From: an uncultured Oscillospiraceae bacterium | GTDB taxonomy: Bacteria; Bacillota; Clostridia; Peptostreptococcales; Anaerovoracaceae | Direction: 5' to 3' | DNA length: 64,000 bases | NCBI GenBank assembly: GCA_964345365.1 | Contig: CAYFQR010000002.1 | Coordinates: 33-64,032 of the forward strand | Shown here: piece after piece, positions 9,570 to 17,647 of the stretch | How positions within the stretch are numbered: position 1 is the first letter of the stretch | Layout: every line of letters begins with the position of its first letter | The notes under the pieces: model-generated | Database searches by the model: none | Seen by the model: only the letters and a program-made list of their open reading frames with translations | What the model was told of the DNA's origin: nothing | Translations under genes and position numbers: made by a program

Positions 9570-10403
9570 TTAAAAAAACATTGTTTTAGCTATTATCCCT
9601 ACACCGATAACAAATAAATAATAGGAAAAGTATTTCAGCTTATTGTTTTTCACGATTTTCAGCATGACCTTTATTGCAAAAAGCCCGCTGATAAATGAAA
9701 TGAGCACCCCGACAGCAACGGGTCCCGCTTCGCCCGGAGCCAAGCCCGCCTTAATTCCGTCGGGAAGTTCCAAAAGAAATGAACCCAATATTGTGGGAAT
9801 TGAAATTAGGAACACAAACCTAACAGCAAATTCTCTGTCAAGCTTGCAAATCAGCGAAGCAAACAACGTAGAACCCGACCTTGATATTCCGGGTATAATT
9901 GCAATACCTTGCACAATCCCGATAAATAAGGAATTTCTATAATTGAACTGTTCGATATTTCTATCACCGCCACCGTATTCCTCGGCAATCAAAAGCAAAA
10001 CGCCTGTAACGATGAACATCGCGGCAACAAAAGCGGGATAAGCATACATGCTTCCGAAAAGATCTCCGAAAAACAAGCCGATAATTGCGGTCGGCACACA
10101 AGAAACAAGTATCATCACTCCTAATTTTCTGGTTGGATTGTCTTCCAACCTCAAACCTTTGCCCGTACATAAGTCTTTTATTGTTAACACTAATTCTTTC
10201 AGCAATTCCCAAATATCTTTCCAAAATACGATGAAAACTGCAATCAGTGTTCCTAAATGCAGTAGAACGGCAAAGAACACCATGTTTTCTTCTTTGATTC
10301 CGAAATAGTTTTCAACTATTGCCAGATGTCCCGACGATGAAATCGGTAAAAACTCCGAAAGTCCCTGAACGAGTCCGAGAACCGTCGCCTCAAAATAACC
10401 CAT
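9570..10403 (-). CDS. uppP: Undecaprenyl-diphosphatase
   Basis: 277 aa polytopic membrane protein with the BacA signatures LSEFLPISSSGH and PGISRSGST. Confidence 0.9.
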   Translation of the reverse strand: MGYFEATVLGLVQGLSEFLPISSSGHLAIVENYFGIKEENMVFFAVLLHLGTLIAVFIVFWKDIWELLKELVLTIKDLCTGKGLRLEDNPTRKLGVMILVSCVPTAIIGLFFGDLFGSMYAYPAFVAAMFIVTGVLLLIAEEYGGGDRNIEQFNYRNSLFIGIVQGIAIIPGISRSGSTLFASLICKLDREFAVRFVFLISIPTILGSFLLELPDGIKAGLAPGEAGPVAVGVLISFISGLFAIKVMLKIVKNNKLKYFSYYLFVIGVGIIAKTMFF

Positions 10404-10406
10404 TGT

Positions 10407-11501
10407 TTATTTCTCCTTATTTTCCAAATATCCCATTTTATAGAGCGTCTCCGCACCGAGCACTCCCCCGCCTGCGGCTCCACGGAGCGTATTATGTGAA
10501 AGCCCTATGAACTTCCAATCATAAATACTATCTTCTCTTATTCTCCCTACGGAGATTCCCATGCCGTTTTCCCTGTTTACATCCGCCGTTACCTGCGGTC
10601 TGTCATCTTCACGGAAGTACTTTATAAACTGCTTCGGTGCTGACGGAAGCCCATTTTCCTGCGGATATCCCGAATAGTTTTCTATCGCCTCTATCAATTC
10701 TTCTTTAGAGGCTTTCTTTCCGAGTTTGACAAAACAGGCCGCAGTATGACCGTTTAACACCGGAACCCTTATGCATTGACAGCTGATACGGATATTGTCC
10801 GCATTTACTATTGCCCCGTTCTCTATTTTTCCCCATATCTTAAGAGGCTCTTCCTCGGATTTTTGTTCTTCTCCGCTTATATAAGGTATGATGTTTCCTG
10901 CCATTTCCGGCCAGGAGCCAAAATCCTTGCCCGCACCCGAAATAGCCTGATATGTCGTTATGACGGCCTCATAAGGCTCCCACTTTTTCCAAGCCTCAAG
11001 AACAGGCACATATGACTGAATCGAGCAGTTCGGCTTAACCGCAATAAATCCCCTCTTTGTTCCGAGCCTCTTTCTCTGACTTTCAATTATCCTGTAGTGC
11101 TCAGAATTGATTTCAGGAATTACCATAGGAACGTCCTTTGTCCAACGATGTGCCGAATTATTCGATACGACAGGGGTTTCAGCCTTGGCGTAGTCTTCCT
11201 CTATCTTAATTATCTCTTCCTTATCCATATCAAGTGCGCTGAAGCAAAAATCGATAAGATCGGAAACCTCGTCAACCTTGCTCACATCCATCACCTTCAT
11301 TTCTCTGACGGACTCGGGGATATCGATATCCATCTTCCATCTTCCGCTAACCGCTTCCTCATAGCTCATTCCTTCTGAGCGAGGACTTGCGGCAACTGCC
11401 GCTATTTCAAACCACGGGTGATCATGGAGAAGTGTAATAAACCTCTGCCCTACCATTCCTGTAGCTCCTAAAATACCTACTCTTAATTTTTTCATTATCA
11501 T
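10407..11501 (-). CDS. asd: Aspartate-semialdehyde dehydrogenase
   Basis: GILGATGMVGQRF Rossmann motif and PNCSIQ active-site Cys. The start is moved to the internal ATG (11499-11501) after a GAAAGG RBS, because the longer ORF overlaps nth. Confidence 0.85.
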   Translation of the reverse strand: MIMKKLRVGILGATGMVGQRFITLLHDHPWFEIAAVAASPRSEGMSYEEAVSGRWKMDIDIPESVREMKVMDVSKVDEVSDLIDFCFSALDMDKEEIIKIEEDYAKAETPVVSNNSAHRWTKDVPMVIPEINSEHYRIIESQRKRLGTKRGFIAVKPNCSIQSYVPVLEAWKKWEPYEAVITTYQAISGAGKDFGSWPEMAGNIIPYISGEEQKSEEEPLKIWGKIENGAIVNADNIRISCQCIRVPVLNGHTAACFVKLGKKASKEELIEAIENYSGYPQENGLPSAPKQFIKYFREDDRPQVTADVNRENGMGISVGRIREDSIYDWKFIGLSHNTLRGAAGGGVLGAETLYKMGYLENKEK

Positions 11502-11515
11502 CAGCCTTTCTATAT

Positions 11516-12151
11516 TTATTTCTTTGTCTTTTCTTTCCATTCGCACAGCTCGTTTATCGGGCAAGCAGGGCAATCGGGCTTTCTTGCTGAGCATATATTC
11601 CTGCCATGAAAAATCAGGCTGTGGTGTGTCTTTGTCCACCTGTGCTCAGGTATGTTTTTCATCAGTGACAGCTCCGTCTTAAGTACATCTGCGCCCTTTG
11701 CTATGCCTATTCGGTTCGACACCCTGAATACATGAGTGTCCACGGCTATTCGCTGCTCTCCGAAACCTACGGAAAGAACTACATTCGCGGTCTTCCTGCC
11801 GACTCCGGGAAGCTTTATCAGCTCATCGTATTCATTCGGTACTTTTCCGGAATGTTTCTCAACGATAATCTCTGACAGTCCGATTATATTCTTTGCTTTT
11901 TGGTGATACATCCCTATTCTTTTTATACACTCTTCCACTTCACTTATCTCGGCGGACGCAAGCAAGTCCGGAGAAGGATATCTTGCGAAAAGCTCCGGCG
12001 TGACCACATTCACCGCCTTGTCGGTCGTCTGTGCCGACAGAACCACGGCAATCAGCAGTTGGAACACATTTTTATGGTCGAGCGCACACTCCGCTTCGGG
12101 ATATGTCTCTTCTAATATATCTAATATTTTTTTAATTTTTTCTTTTACCAT
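11516..12151 (-). CDS. nth: Endonuclease III
   Basis: 211 aa. HhH-GPD motif (LPGVGRKTANVV) and a C-terminal 4Fe-4S Cys cluster (CSARKPDCPACPINELC). Confidence 0.92.
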   Translation of the reverse strand: MVKEKIKKILDILEETYPEAECALDHKNVFQLLIAVVLSAQTTDKAVNVVTPELFARYPSPDLLASAEISEVEECIKRIGMYHQKAKNIIGLSEIIVEKHSGKVPNEYDELIKLPGVGRKTANVVLSVGFGEQRIAVDTHVFRVSNRIGIAKGADVLKTELSLMKNIPEHRWTKTHHSLIFHGRNICSARKPDCPACPINELCEWKEKTKK

Positions 12152-12208
12152 TGATTTGACACATCTTCTTTGCTAAAATTGTATACAATCTATACCCGGA
12201 GGTTAAAC

Positions 12209-12877
12209 ATGTTAAAATTAGATTTCCTTGACAGTAATTATATTGATAATCGTCCGATATCCGAAAAAATATGCGAACAGTTGAAAATCGAGATTCTTTC
12301 GGGTGAAATAAAGCGCGGCCAGCGCATTACCGAAAGCTCGATATGCGAGAAATATTCGGTTTCACGTCCGCCTGTCCGAGAGATAATGAACAGGCTGGCA
12401 GCAGACGGATATATCTCTCTTATTCGTAACAAAGGAGCCGTTGTGGAGGGTTTTAACGCCCAGGTCGTAGACGACCTCCTTTATATGCGCAATCACCTGT
12501 ATCCTCAGGCAGTTCAATGGGCGATTGAAAGGATTACCGTGGATGAGTTCGATCTTCTCCGAGAAACCATAGGTTTCATCAGATTTTATACGAAGACCGG
12601 TGACGTCGAGAAAATCCTGAAGTTCTGCGACGGTTTCAACAGAATCATATATTATGCCACAAAGAACGCCGAGCTTGAAAACGTAATGATTAAATATGAC
12701 TTCGTTATCAGACATTCGATTAAGCATCAGCGTTTCCCTGTAAATCTCCTTGAAATCCTGAGAGACGAGTATGATGCCATATTCAACGCTTTTCTCAAGA
12801 GAAACGTATCGCAGGGAACGGAAGCCGCTCAGATACATATTTTCAGGTCGCTTCTCAGACTTAAGGCTCAGAAATAG
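12209..12877 (+). CDS. GntR-family transcriptional regulator (FadR/FCD type)
   Basis: N-terminal winged helix-turn-helix (GQRITESSICEKYSVSRPPVREIMNRL) and a helical C-terminal domain. The ATG at 12209 is preceded by GGAGG. Confidence 0.8.
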   Translation: MLKLDFLDSNYIDNRPISEKICEQLKIEILSGEIKRGQRITESSICEKYSVSRPPVREIMNRLAADGYISLIRNKGAVVEGFNAQVVDDLLYMRNHLYPQAVQWAIERITVDEFDLLRETIGFIRFYTKTGDVEKILKFCDGFNRIIYYATKNAELENVMIKYDFVIRHSIKHQRFPVNLLEILRDEYDAIFNAFLKRNVSQGTEAAQIHIFRSLLRLKAQK

Positions 12878-12991
12878 CCGTTTCTCAATCGCATCCAGGC
12901 TTAATACCCTTTCATTGTTTCAGTCGATGCAGGAGAATGTTTCGAAAGTAGCCGCTGCAAAAGACTTTTCACAAGAAGCCGTTGCTCAAAA

Positions 12992-13702
12992 CTATCCCAC
13001 TATAACCGACATCAGCCATACAACCGGCGGTGTTATAATAATCGATGTAACATTAAATATTATAAGTGCCATAAGTATCAAAGTGCCTCTTTGATATATA
13101 GGATACCACCAGCTGTATTTTCTAAGGTCGAATATCTGTGTTATTATACCCCAGCCGTCAAGCGGAGGGCAAGGTATCAGGTTGAATATCATCAGTACGA
13201 GGTTAATATATACCGTAAAGAACACCATGTCGAACAGGATTCCGTTTGCCATTGAGTTCTTAATCATAATCCTTGCAATAATTCCGAAGAACACGGCAAT
13301 CAGTAAATTGATTGTAACTCCCGCTATAGATACGATGAACTCGTCACGCCTTTTGTTCTTATAAAAATACGGGTTTATTTCAACAGGCTTTCCCCAGCCG
13401 AATCCCGCAATGATTATAAAAACCATACCTATGGGATCAATATGTGTCATAGGACTTATAGACAGTCTCCCTTGCGACTTCGGTGTCGGGTCACCCAATA
13501 AATGCGAAGCATAGGCATGCCCCGCCTCATGTAGCGATATTCCTATAATTATACCCGGGAGCAGAACCAACTTAGCATACAGCCAGGCGCCCGGATTACT
13601 CATGTTAAGCAATCTTTCTACAATGAGGATTGCAATAAAAACCCAGAATATCGGGTCCATTCTCCTGAAAAATCTTTTTATATCGTCGATTATTTTTCTC
13701 AT
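12992..13702 (-). CDS. Site-2 protease family (peptidase M50) membrane metalloprotease
   Basis: 236 aa, multi-transmembrane. HEAGHAYASH (HExxH) and NLIPCPPLDG motifs. Confidence 0.8.
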   Translation of the reverse strand: MRKIIDDIKRFFRRMDPIFWVFIAILIVERLLNMSNPGAWLYAKLVLLPGIIIGISLHEAGHAYASHLLGDPTPKSQGRLSISPMTHIDPIGMVFIIIAGFGWGKPVEINPYFYKNKRRDEFIVSIAGVTINLLIAVFFGIIARIMIKNSMANGILFDMVFFTVYINLVLMIFNLIPCPPLDGWGIITQIFDLRKYSWWYPIYQRGTLILMALIIFNVTSIIITPPVVWLMSVIVG

Positions 13703-13778
13703 CTTTCTCCTTTTTAACGGTCATGATTTATCTAAACTGATTTATTCAATTCAGTCTTGACACTCGGCAGTCGGTCTT

Positions 13779-14510
13779 TCAATAATAAAAGCCTCTTTTT
13801 ACATCGGAATATTCCTCAACCCTCGCCAAATACGCCTCCATCGCCGCCTCCTCATGTGCGAGCTTGGGTTCCTCTATCCCGATGCTCCTTAAAAGCATCT
13901 CGGTAAACGGAGGATTAAGCACCAGAAGCGGCCCGATTAAGTATGTCCCGATGAAGTTGTTTTTCTTTATCCCCTCTTCCGTAATTTCGGGGTTAAAACC
14001 TGAGCCTCGTTTTGTCATAAAAGCATAACACTCTTCGACGCCGGTATAGCAGCTATGTGAAAACTGTGATTTATATCCGACAATAATTGTATCGCCGTAC
14101 TTACCGGAATATTCTCCGAGATAGAGCGAATTAAATCTCTTCATAAGGTCAAGCTTCGCATATGTATTGAAGATACCGAGACACCTGAAGATTTCCCCGT
14201 CCGCAGATTCAATCCTGTCACCGAAGACTTCGATTGCATTTCCCGTTATCAAAAAATGCACGCCCAGCTCTATGAGCTCTCTTATTCTCTCCACATATTT
14301 TCCGAGTTTGTCCGTCACAAGACGCTGTGATGACTCCGACATCGTGCCCATATATATTAAGTCGGGCAGATTATTTGCAAAATACGGTTCTTCGGTCAGG
14401 TAATCCTCAACAACCTCAATCTCGTCCGAACATTTTTTTAGATAGCTTATATTCTCAAGGTCACCGTAAAGATTGGCGACCTCCGGAAACAATATTTCTA
14501 TTTTAATCAT
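13779..14510 (-). CDS. GatD-like CobQ-type amidotransferase homologue lacking the catalytic Cys and His (pair A)
   Basis: Collinear with S. aureus GatD as I recall it (NLYGD..., GTY.xGP). The nucleophile elbow reads LITGNAIEVFG instead of LTICGGYQFLG, and GTYLIGP replaces GTYLHGP. The ATG at 14508-14510 follows GGAGGG and overlaps the upstream stop by 8 nt. Confidence 0.75.
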   Translation of the reverse strand: MIKIEILFPEVANLYGDLENISYLKKCSDEIEVVEDYLTEEPYFANNLPDLIYMGTMSESSQRLVTDKLGKYVERIRELIELGVHFLITGNAIEVFGDRIESADGEIFRCLGIFNTYAKLDLMKRFNSLYLGEYSGKYGDTIIVGYKSQFSHSCYTGVEECYAFMTKRGSGFNPEITEEGIKKNNFIGTYLIGPLLVLNPPFTEMLLRSIGIEEPKLAHEEAAMEAYLARVEEYSDVKRGFYY

Positions 14511-15882
14511 TGAAGTCGCCCTCCTCAAGCCTTTTTTTAACCATATCGGCAACCTTTATTCCGAGTTCCAAAGAATCCGTTCCATAGAGAACAAATATAT
14601 TATCATTCTCAAAAAACTTCAATCTGTCCGGTGCATCGATTTCCTTTTCGGCGAATGAAAGACGGCTTTCATCTACGCCTGCGAGCAAAAGTCTGAGCTT
14701 ATGGTCGTGCCTTCTCGGGCCGCAGAGCACGATATTCTTAATATTATCTCTGTTAAGAAACTCGAAATCGCAGTCATAAAGCCAGCAGGTATTTTCACTC
14801 CAGTGTTTCATATCTCCCTGACATGAGTTCATCAGAATTATTTCCTTGTCGCCCGGCATCCCTGAAATATAATCAAAAACCCTCGTCGTAGCGAAAGCAT
14901 TTTTTTCTTTTGCGAGCATTCTGAACAGCTTCTTATCCCCGAATTGTTCTTCATCAAATCTCGACTCGACCAAGTTTACCCTTTCAAAAAATCCTTTTAT
15001 TTCTCCTGAGCCGTATCCGAGTTCAAACAAAAGCGTTATTACGGAAACTTGGTTATATATATTAAATATGCTGTCGTTCAAAAGGCGGTAACAGCCCGTT
15101 TCTGACGGCGTGTTCACGTCAATCGACATTCTGTCGGTGTCCGGGTTTTCCGCCGTATAATCGTATTCCGGAGACTTAAATCCGCAATTATCACAATAAG
15201 CCTTGCCGATATGATTATACCTCAGATACTCGTATTTCAACCTGTGGCTGCAAACGGGACAAACTTGAAAGTCATTTATAAGATTAATGCATTCCGTAAT
15301 GTCATTCTCAAGCCTGTTAACACCGTAATATACCCTCTTGTTTAACGGTGCTATTCTCGAAGATATAAGGTCATCAGCATTTAGAATGAGTATCGAATCC
15401 TCGGGTATATTATTTGACAGGAAATCGGCGATATATTCAGGGTGAGCATTTCTCATTATCGAATCTCTGCTTAGGTTTGTTACCAATATATATTCGGGCT
15501 TCAAGAAAGGAAATACCCTCTTCGCCGACCTCTCGTCAACCTCAAAAACTCCTATCTCGTATTTTTCCGAGCCGAAAATGCTCATTCCCTGCACGAGTGC
15601 CGTGGCAATTCCCGTGTCAATATTGGAACCCGCCGAGTTATTCAGAACTATTTTATTGTCAACTCTTAAAATGTCGGTTATCAGATTGGAACAAGTAGTC
15701 TTGCCGTTTGTACCGGTAACCGCAATTATTTTTTTCGGCTTTTTTGCATAGCTTAAGAATGACGGGCAGATCTTAAGTGCGACAATACCCGGGAAATTTG
15801 TCCCGTTATGTTTGGTTATCCTAAGTGCGACAATCGCAAGCTTAGCCGCCCAAAGCGCTATGATATATCTGATAAAGCCCAT
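14503..15882 (-). CDS. MurT-like Mur-ligase-family protein with a DUF1727-type C-terminal domain (pair A)
   Basis: VTGTNGKTT P-loop, FEVDE, TNLSRD, a Cys4 ribbon (CPVC...17 aa...CDNC) and a C-terminal WLYDCDFEFL...KLRLLLAGV segment. The start is set at ATG 15880-15882 (GGAGG RBS, TAATG overlap with the upstream stop). The resulting N-terminus matches paralogue B. Confidence 0.8.
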   Translation of the reverse strand: MGFIRYIIALWAAKLAIVALRITKHNGTNFPGIVALKICPSFLSYAKKPKKIIAVTGTNGKTTCSNLITDILRVDNKIVLNNSAGSNIDTGIATALVQGMSIFGSEKYEIGVFEVDERSAKRVFPFLKPEYILVTNLSRDSIMRNAHPEYIADFLSNNIPEDSILILNADDLISSRIAPLNKRVYYGVNRLENDITECINLINDFQVCPVCSHRLKYEYLRYNHIGKAYCDNCGFKSPEYDYTAENPDTDRMSIDVNTPSETGCYRLLNDSIFNIYNQVSVITLLFELGYGSGEIKGFFERVNLVESRFDEEQFGDKKLFRMLAKEKNAFATTRVFDYISGMPGDKEIILMNSCQGDMKHWSENTCWLYDCDFEFLNRDNIKNIVLCGPRRHDHKLRLLLAGVDESRLSFAEKEIDAPDRLKFFENDNIFVLYGTDSLELGIKVADMVKKRLEEGDFND

Positions 15883-16934
15883 TATTTTATCGCCTCCGTT
15901 ATGGATTTGTATGTTCCCTGTTTCAGCTTCAAATCTTGACAAAGGTCTTGTGACGGGTAGCTGTTTCCTTCAATCAGAAGAGGCCCGTGGTCCTCGGAGA
16001 TGCATACGTCCCATCCGACATAACCCACCTGCGGCACCAGATTGGCTGCTTCCTGAATCATGCCGAGAACTTCGTCCCATTTCGGAATTCGGAAACCCTT
16101 CAGCACCGTTCCTGAACCGGGTACTCTCTCGAACACATTTCTGTCTTTATCGAAACCGTCGGAAATGATTTCTCCCGTCTTAAAATCATAAATTGTAGAA
16201 ATACCGCCGTTATTGAAATTATCCACCACAGAACCGGGTTTACCCATCCTTATCCCGCCGGAAACTATTACAGCCTTGCCGTCTTTTAATATTGTGATAA
16301 CCCTAATGGTGTTCACGGAATCGGCGCTTAAGAGATTCATCGTCTTGTCCTGTTTCACCACTTCCTCCGCAAGCGGCTTATCATTATCTACGAGGTACAT
16401 ATAAAGCTCCTCGGTATCCCAATCCGAAACTTTAATCTTTTCGATACCTCTTCCGCAGCTCTCATGAAGAGGCTTGACCATTATATATTCTTTGCCTACA
16501 AGAAAAGCTTTGAAGGCTTCAGCATCGCTTCCCTCGACTCTGTCCGTTTCCTTAAGTGCAGTCCCTTTGATGTCTCCGAACATCTTCCCTTTGCCGAGGA
16601 CTATCCAGTCGCGCTTCATAAAGCTGTTGAATTTTTTGTTAAAAATCGCCTTGTCCTCGAAATACTGTATATATCTCCTGTCGTTGAACCTTTTGAAGAT
16701 CTTGTTATTCTTGCCGAGTGTGAGGATTTCATCCCTCTCCTTATGGTTTTTATTGTACATCTCAAAAAACTCATAATCGACATGGCCCGAGCCGTACCTG
16801 AGCGTACAGTAAAATATGTCCCGACGTACCGCCCTCCACGATTTCCCCGTTTTAGCGGCTATCCTCTTTGCCGTTTCATCGAACCTCGACAAGTCTGTTG
16901 TTTTAAGTTTTTTAATGTAGAAGCTAAGATTCAT
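15882..16934 (-). CDS. ATP-grasp fold ligase (resembles the sugar-transfer-associated ATP-grasp / RimK-related amino-acid ligase family)
   Basis: 350 aa. The C-terminal half (IMVKPLHESCGRGI..., NFNNGGI, VGYVGWDVCISEDHGPLLIEGNSYP) is typical of an ATP-grasp fold. ATGA overlap with the upstream gene. Confidence 0.7.
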   Translation of the reverse strand: MNLSFYIKKLKTTDLSRFDETAKRIAAKTGKSWRAVRRDIFYCTLRYGSGHVDYEFFEMYNKNHKERDEILTLGKNNKIFKRFNDRRYIQYFEDKAIFNKKFNSFMKRDWIVLGKGKMFGDIKGTALKETDRVEGSDAEAFKAFLVGKEYIMVKPLHESCGRGIEKIKVSDWDTEELYMYLVDNDKPLAEEVVKQDKTMNLLSADSVNTIRVITILKDGKAVIVSGGIRMGKPGSVVDNFNNGGISTIYDFKTGEIISDGFDKDRNVFERVPGSGTVLKGFRIPKWDEVLGMIQEAANLVPQVGYVGWDVCISEDHGPLLIEGNSYPSQDLCQDLKLKQGTYKSITEAIK

Positions 16935-17647
16935 GTAAGTGTTCTCCTCAATTCGTTAAGTCTGTAATTATATGCCTCAATGATGTTTTTTTCAAACGCT
17001 ATCTCATCATTGAGTCCCATAAGTCTCAAGAGATATTTGACAAAATACGGGTTAAAGATGAGATATGGCCCGAGAGAGTACGTGGCAAAGAAATTATTGA
17101 CATGAATCCCCTCTCTCCCGGTTTCCGGATTCATCCCGATTCCCGTTTCAATTTTCAAAAAATAATCCTTAAACTCACCGTAGCTGAAGCTGAATTGGCT
17201 CCGGTGCCCGAGCAGCGTCATGTCTTCAAACGTCGCTATATACTGCGAATTATGCCTCGGCAAATCCATATTCCTCACGGAATAAAAATCAAACAACCCG
17301 AGTGCGGGCACTTCTTTTATCAAATTGCCCGACAAGTCATTTTCTTTTATTAGATTCCCGAATATTTCGATTGCATTGCCCGTTACCAAAAATATGGTGC
17401 CGGCAGCTATCGCCGCCTCTATCTCGCCTCGATACCCCCTCAAAAGCTCTATCGTCTTTTCCTGATGTCTTTCCGTCATGCATCCGATATAGACCATATC
17501 GGCATCTGCTGTGAGGAACCTCGGCTTTTCGAGATGATGTGTCATGATAACCTCAAGCTCGTCGCTGCTTTTTTTGAGATATTCGATATTGTAACATTCA
17601 CCGTAGATATTGGTAAACTCAGGATAAATAAATTCAATCTTTTTCAA
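16931..17647 (-). CDS. GatD-like CobQ-type amidotransferase homologue lacking the catalytic Cys and His (pair B)
   Basis: 238 aa. Has FLVTGNAIEIFG at the nucleophile elbow and ATYSLGP at the His position. TTG start in a TTGA overlap with the upstream stop, preceded by an AAGGGGG RBS. Confidence 0.75.
   Translation of the reverse strand: MKKIEFIYPEFTNIYGECYNIEYLKKSSDELEVIMTHHLEKPRFLTADADMVYIGCMTERHQEKTIELLRGYRGEIEAAIAAGTIFLVTGNAIEIFGNLIKENDLSGNLIKEVPALGLFDFYSVRNMDLPRHNSQYIATFEDMTLLGHRSQFSFSYGEFKDYFLKIETGIGMNPETGREGIHVNNFFATYSLGPYLIFNPYFVKYLLRLMGLNDEIAFEKNIIEAYNYRLNELRRTLT

Noticed and set aside
11502-11639. Long N-terminal extensions suggested by the ORF track for asd. The same issue arises for pyrD (48047-48130), the lipid kinase (63127-63213), MurT-like A (15883-15942), GatD-like A (14511-14552), purM, purC, pyrB, miaB, rplU and the IMP cyclohydrolase.
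   Set aside because: The extensions overlap the preceding gene and lack an RBS. The internal ATGs sit 6-10 nt after GGAGG-like sequences and give N-termini that match the family consensus.
17330-17372. Short internal duplication GNLIKENDLSGNLIKE in GatD-like B.
   Set aside because: The peptide repeat is only 6 residues and the DNA copies are imperfect. It is most likely a trivial loop expansion and not a separate feature.
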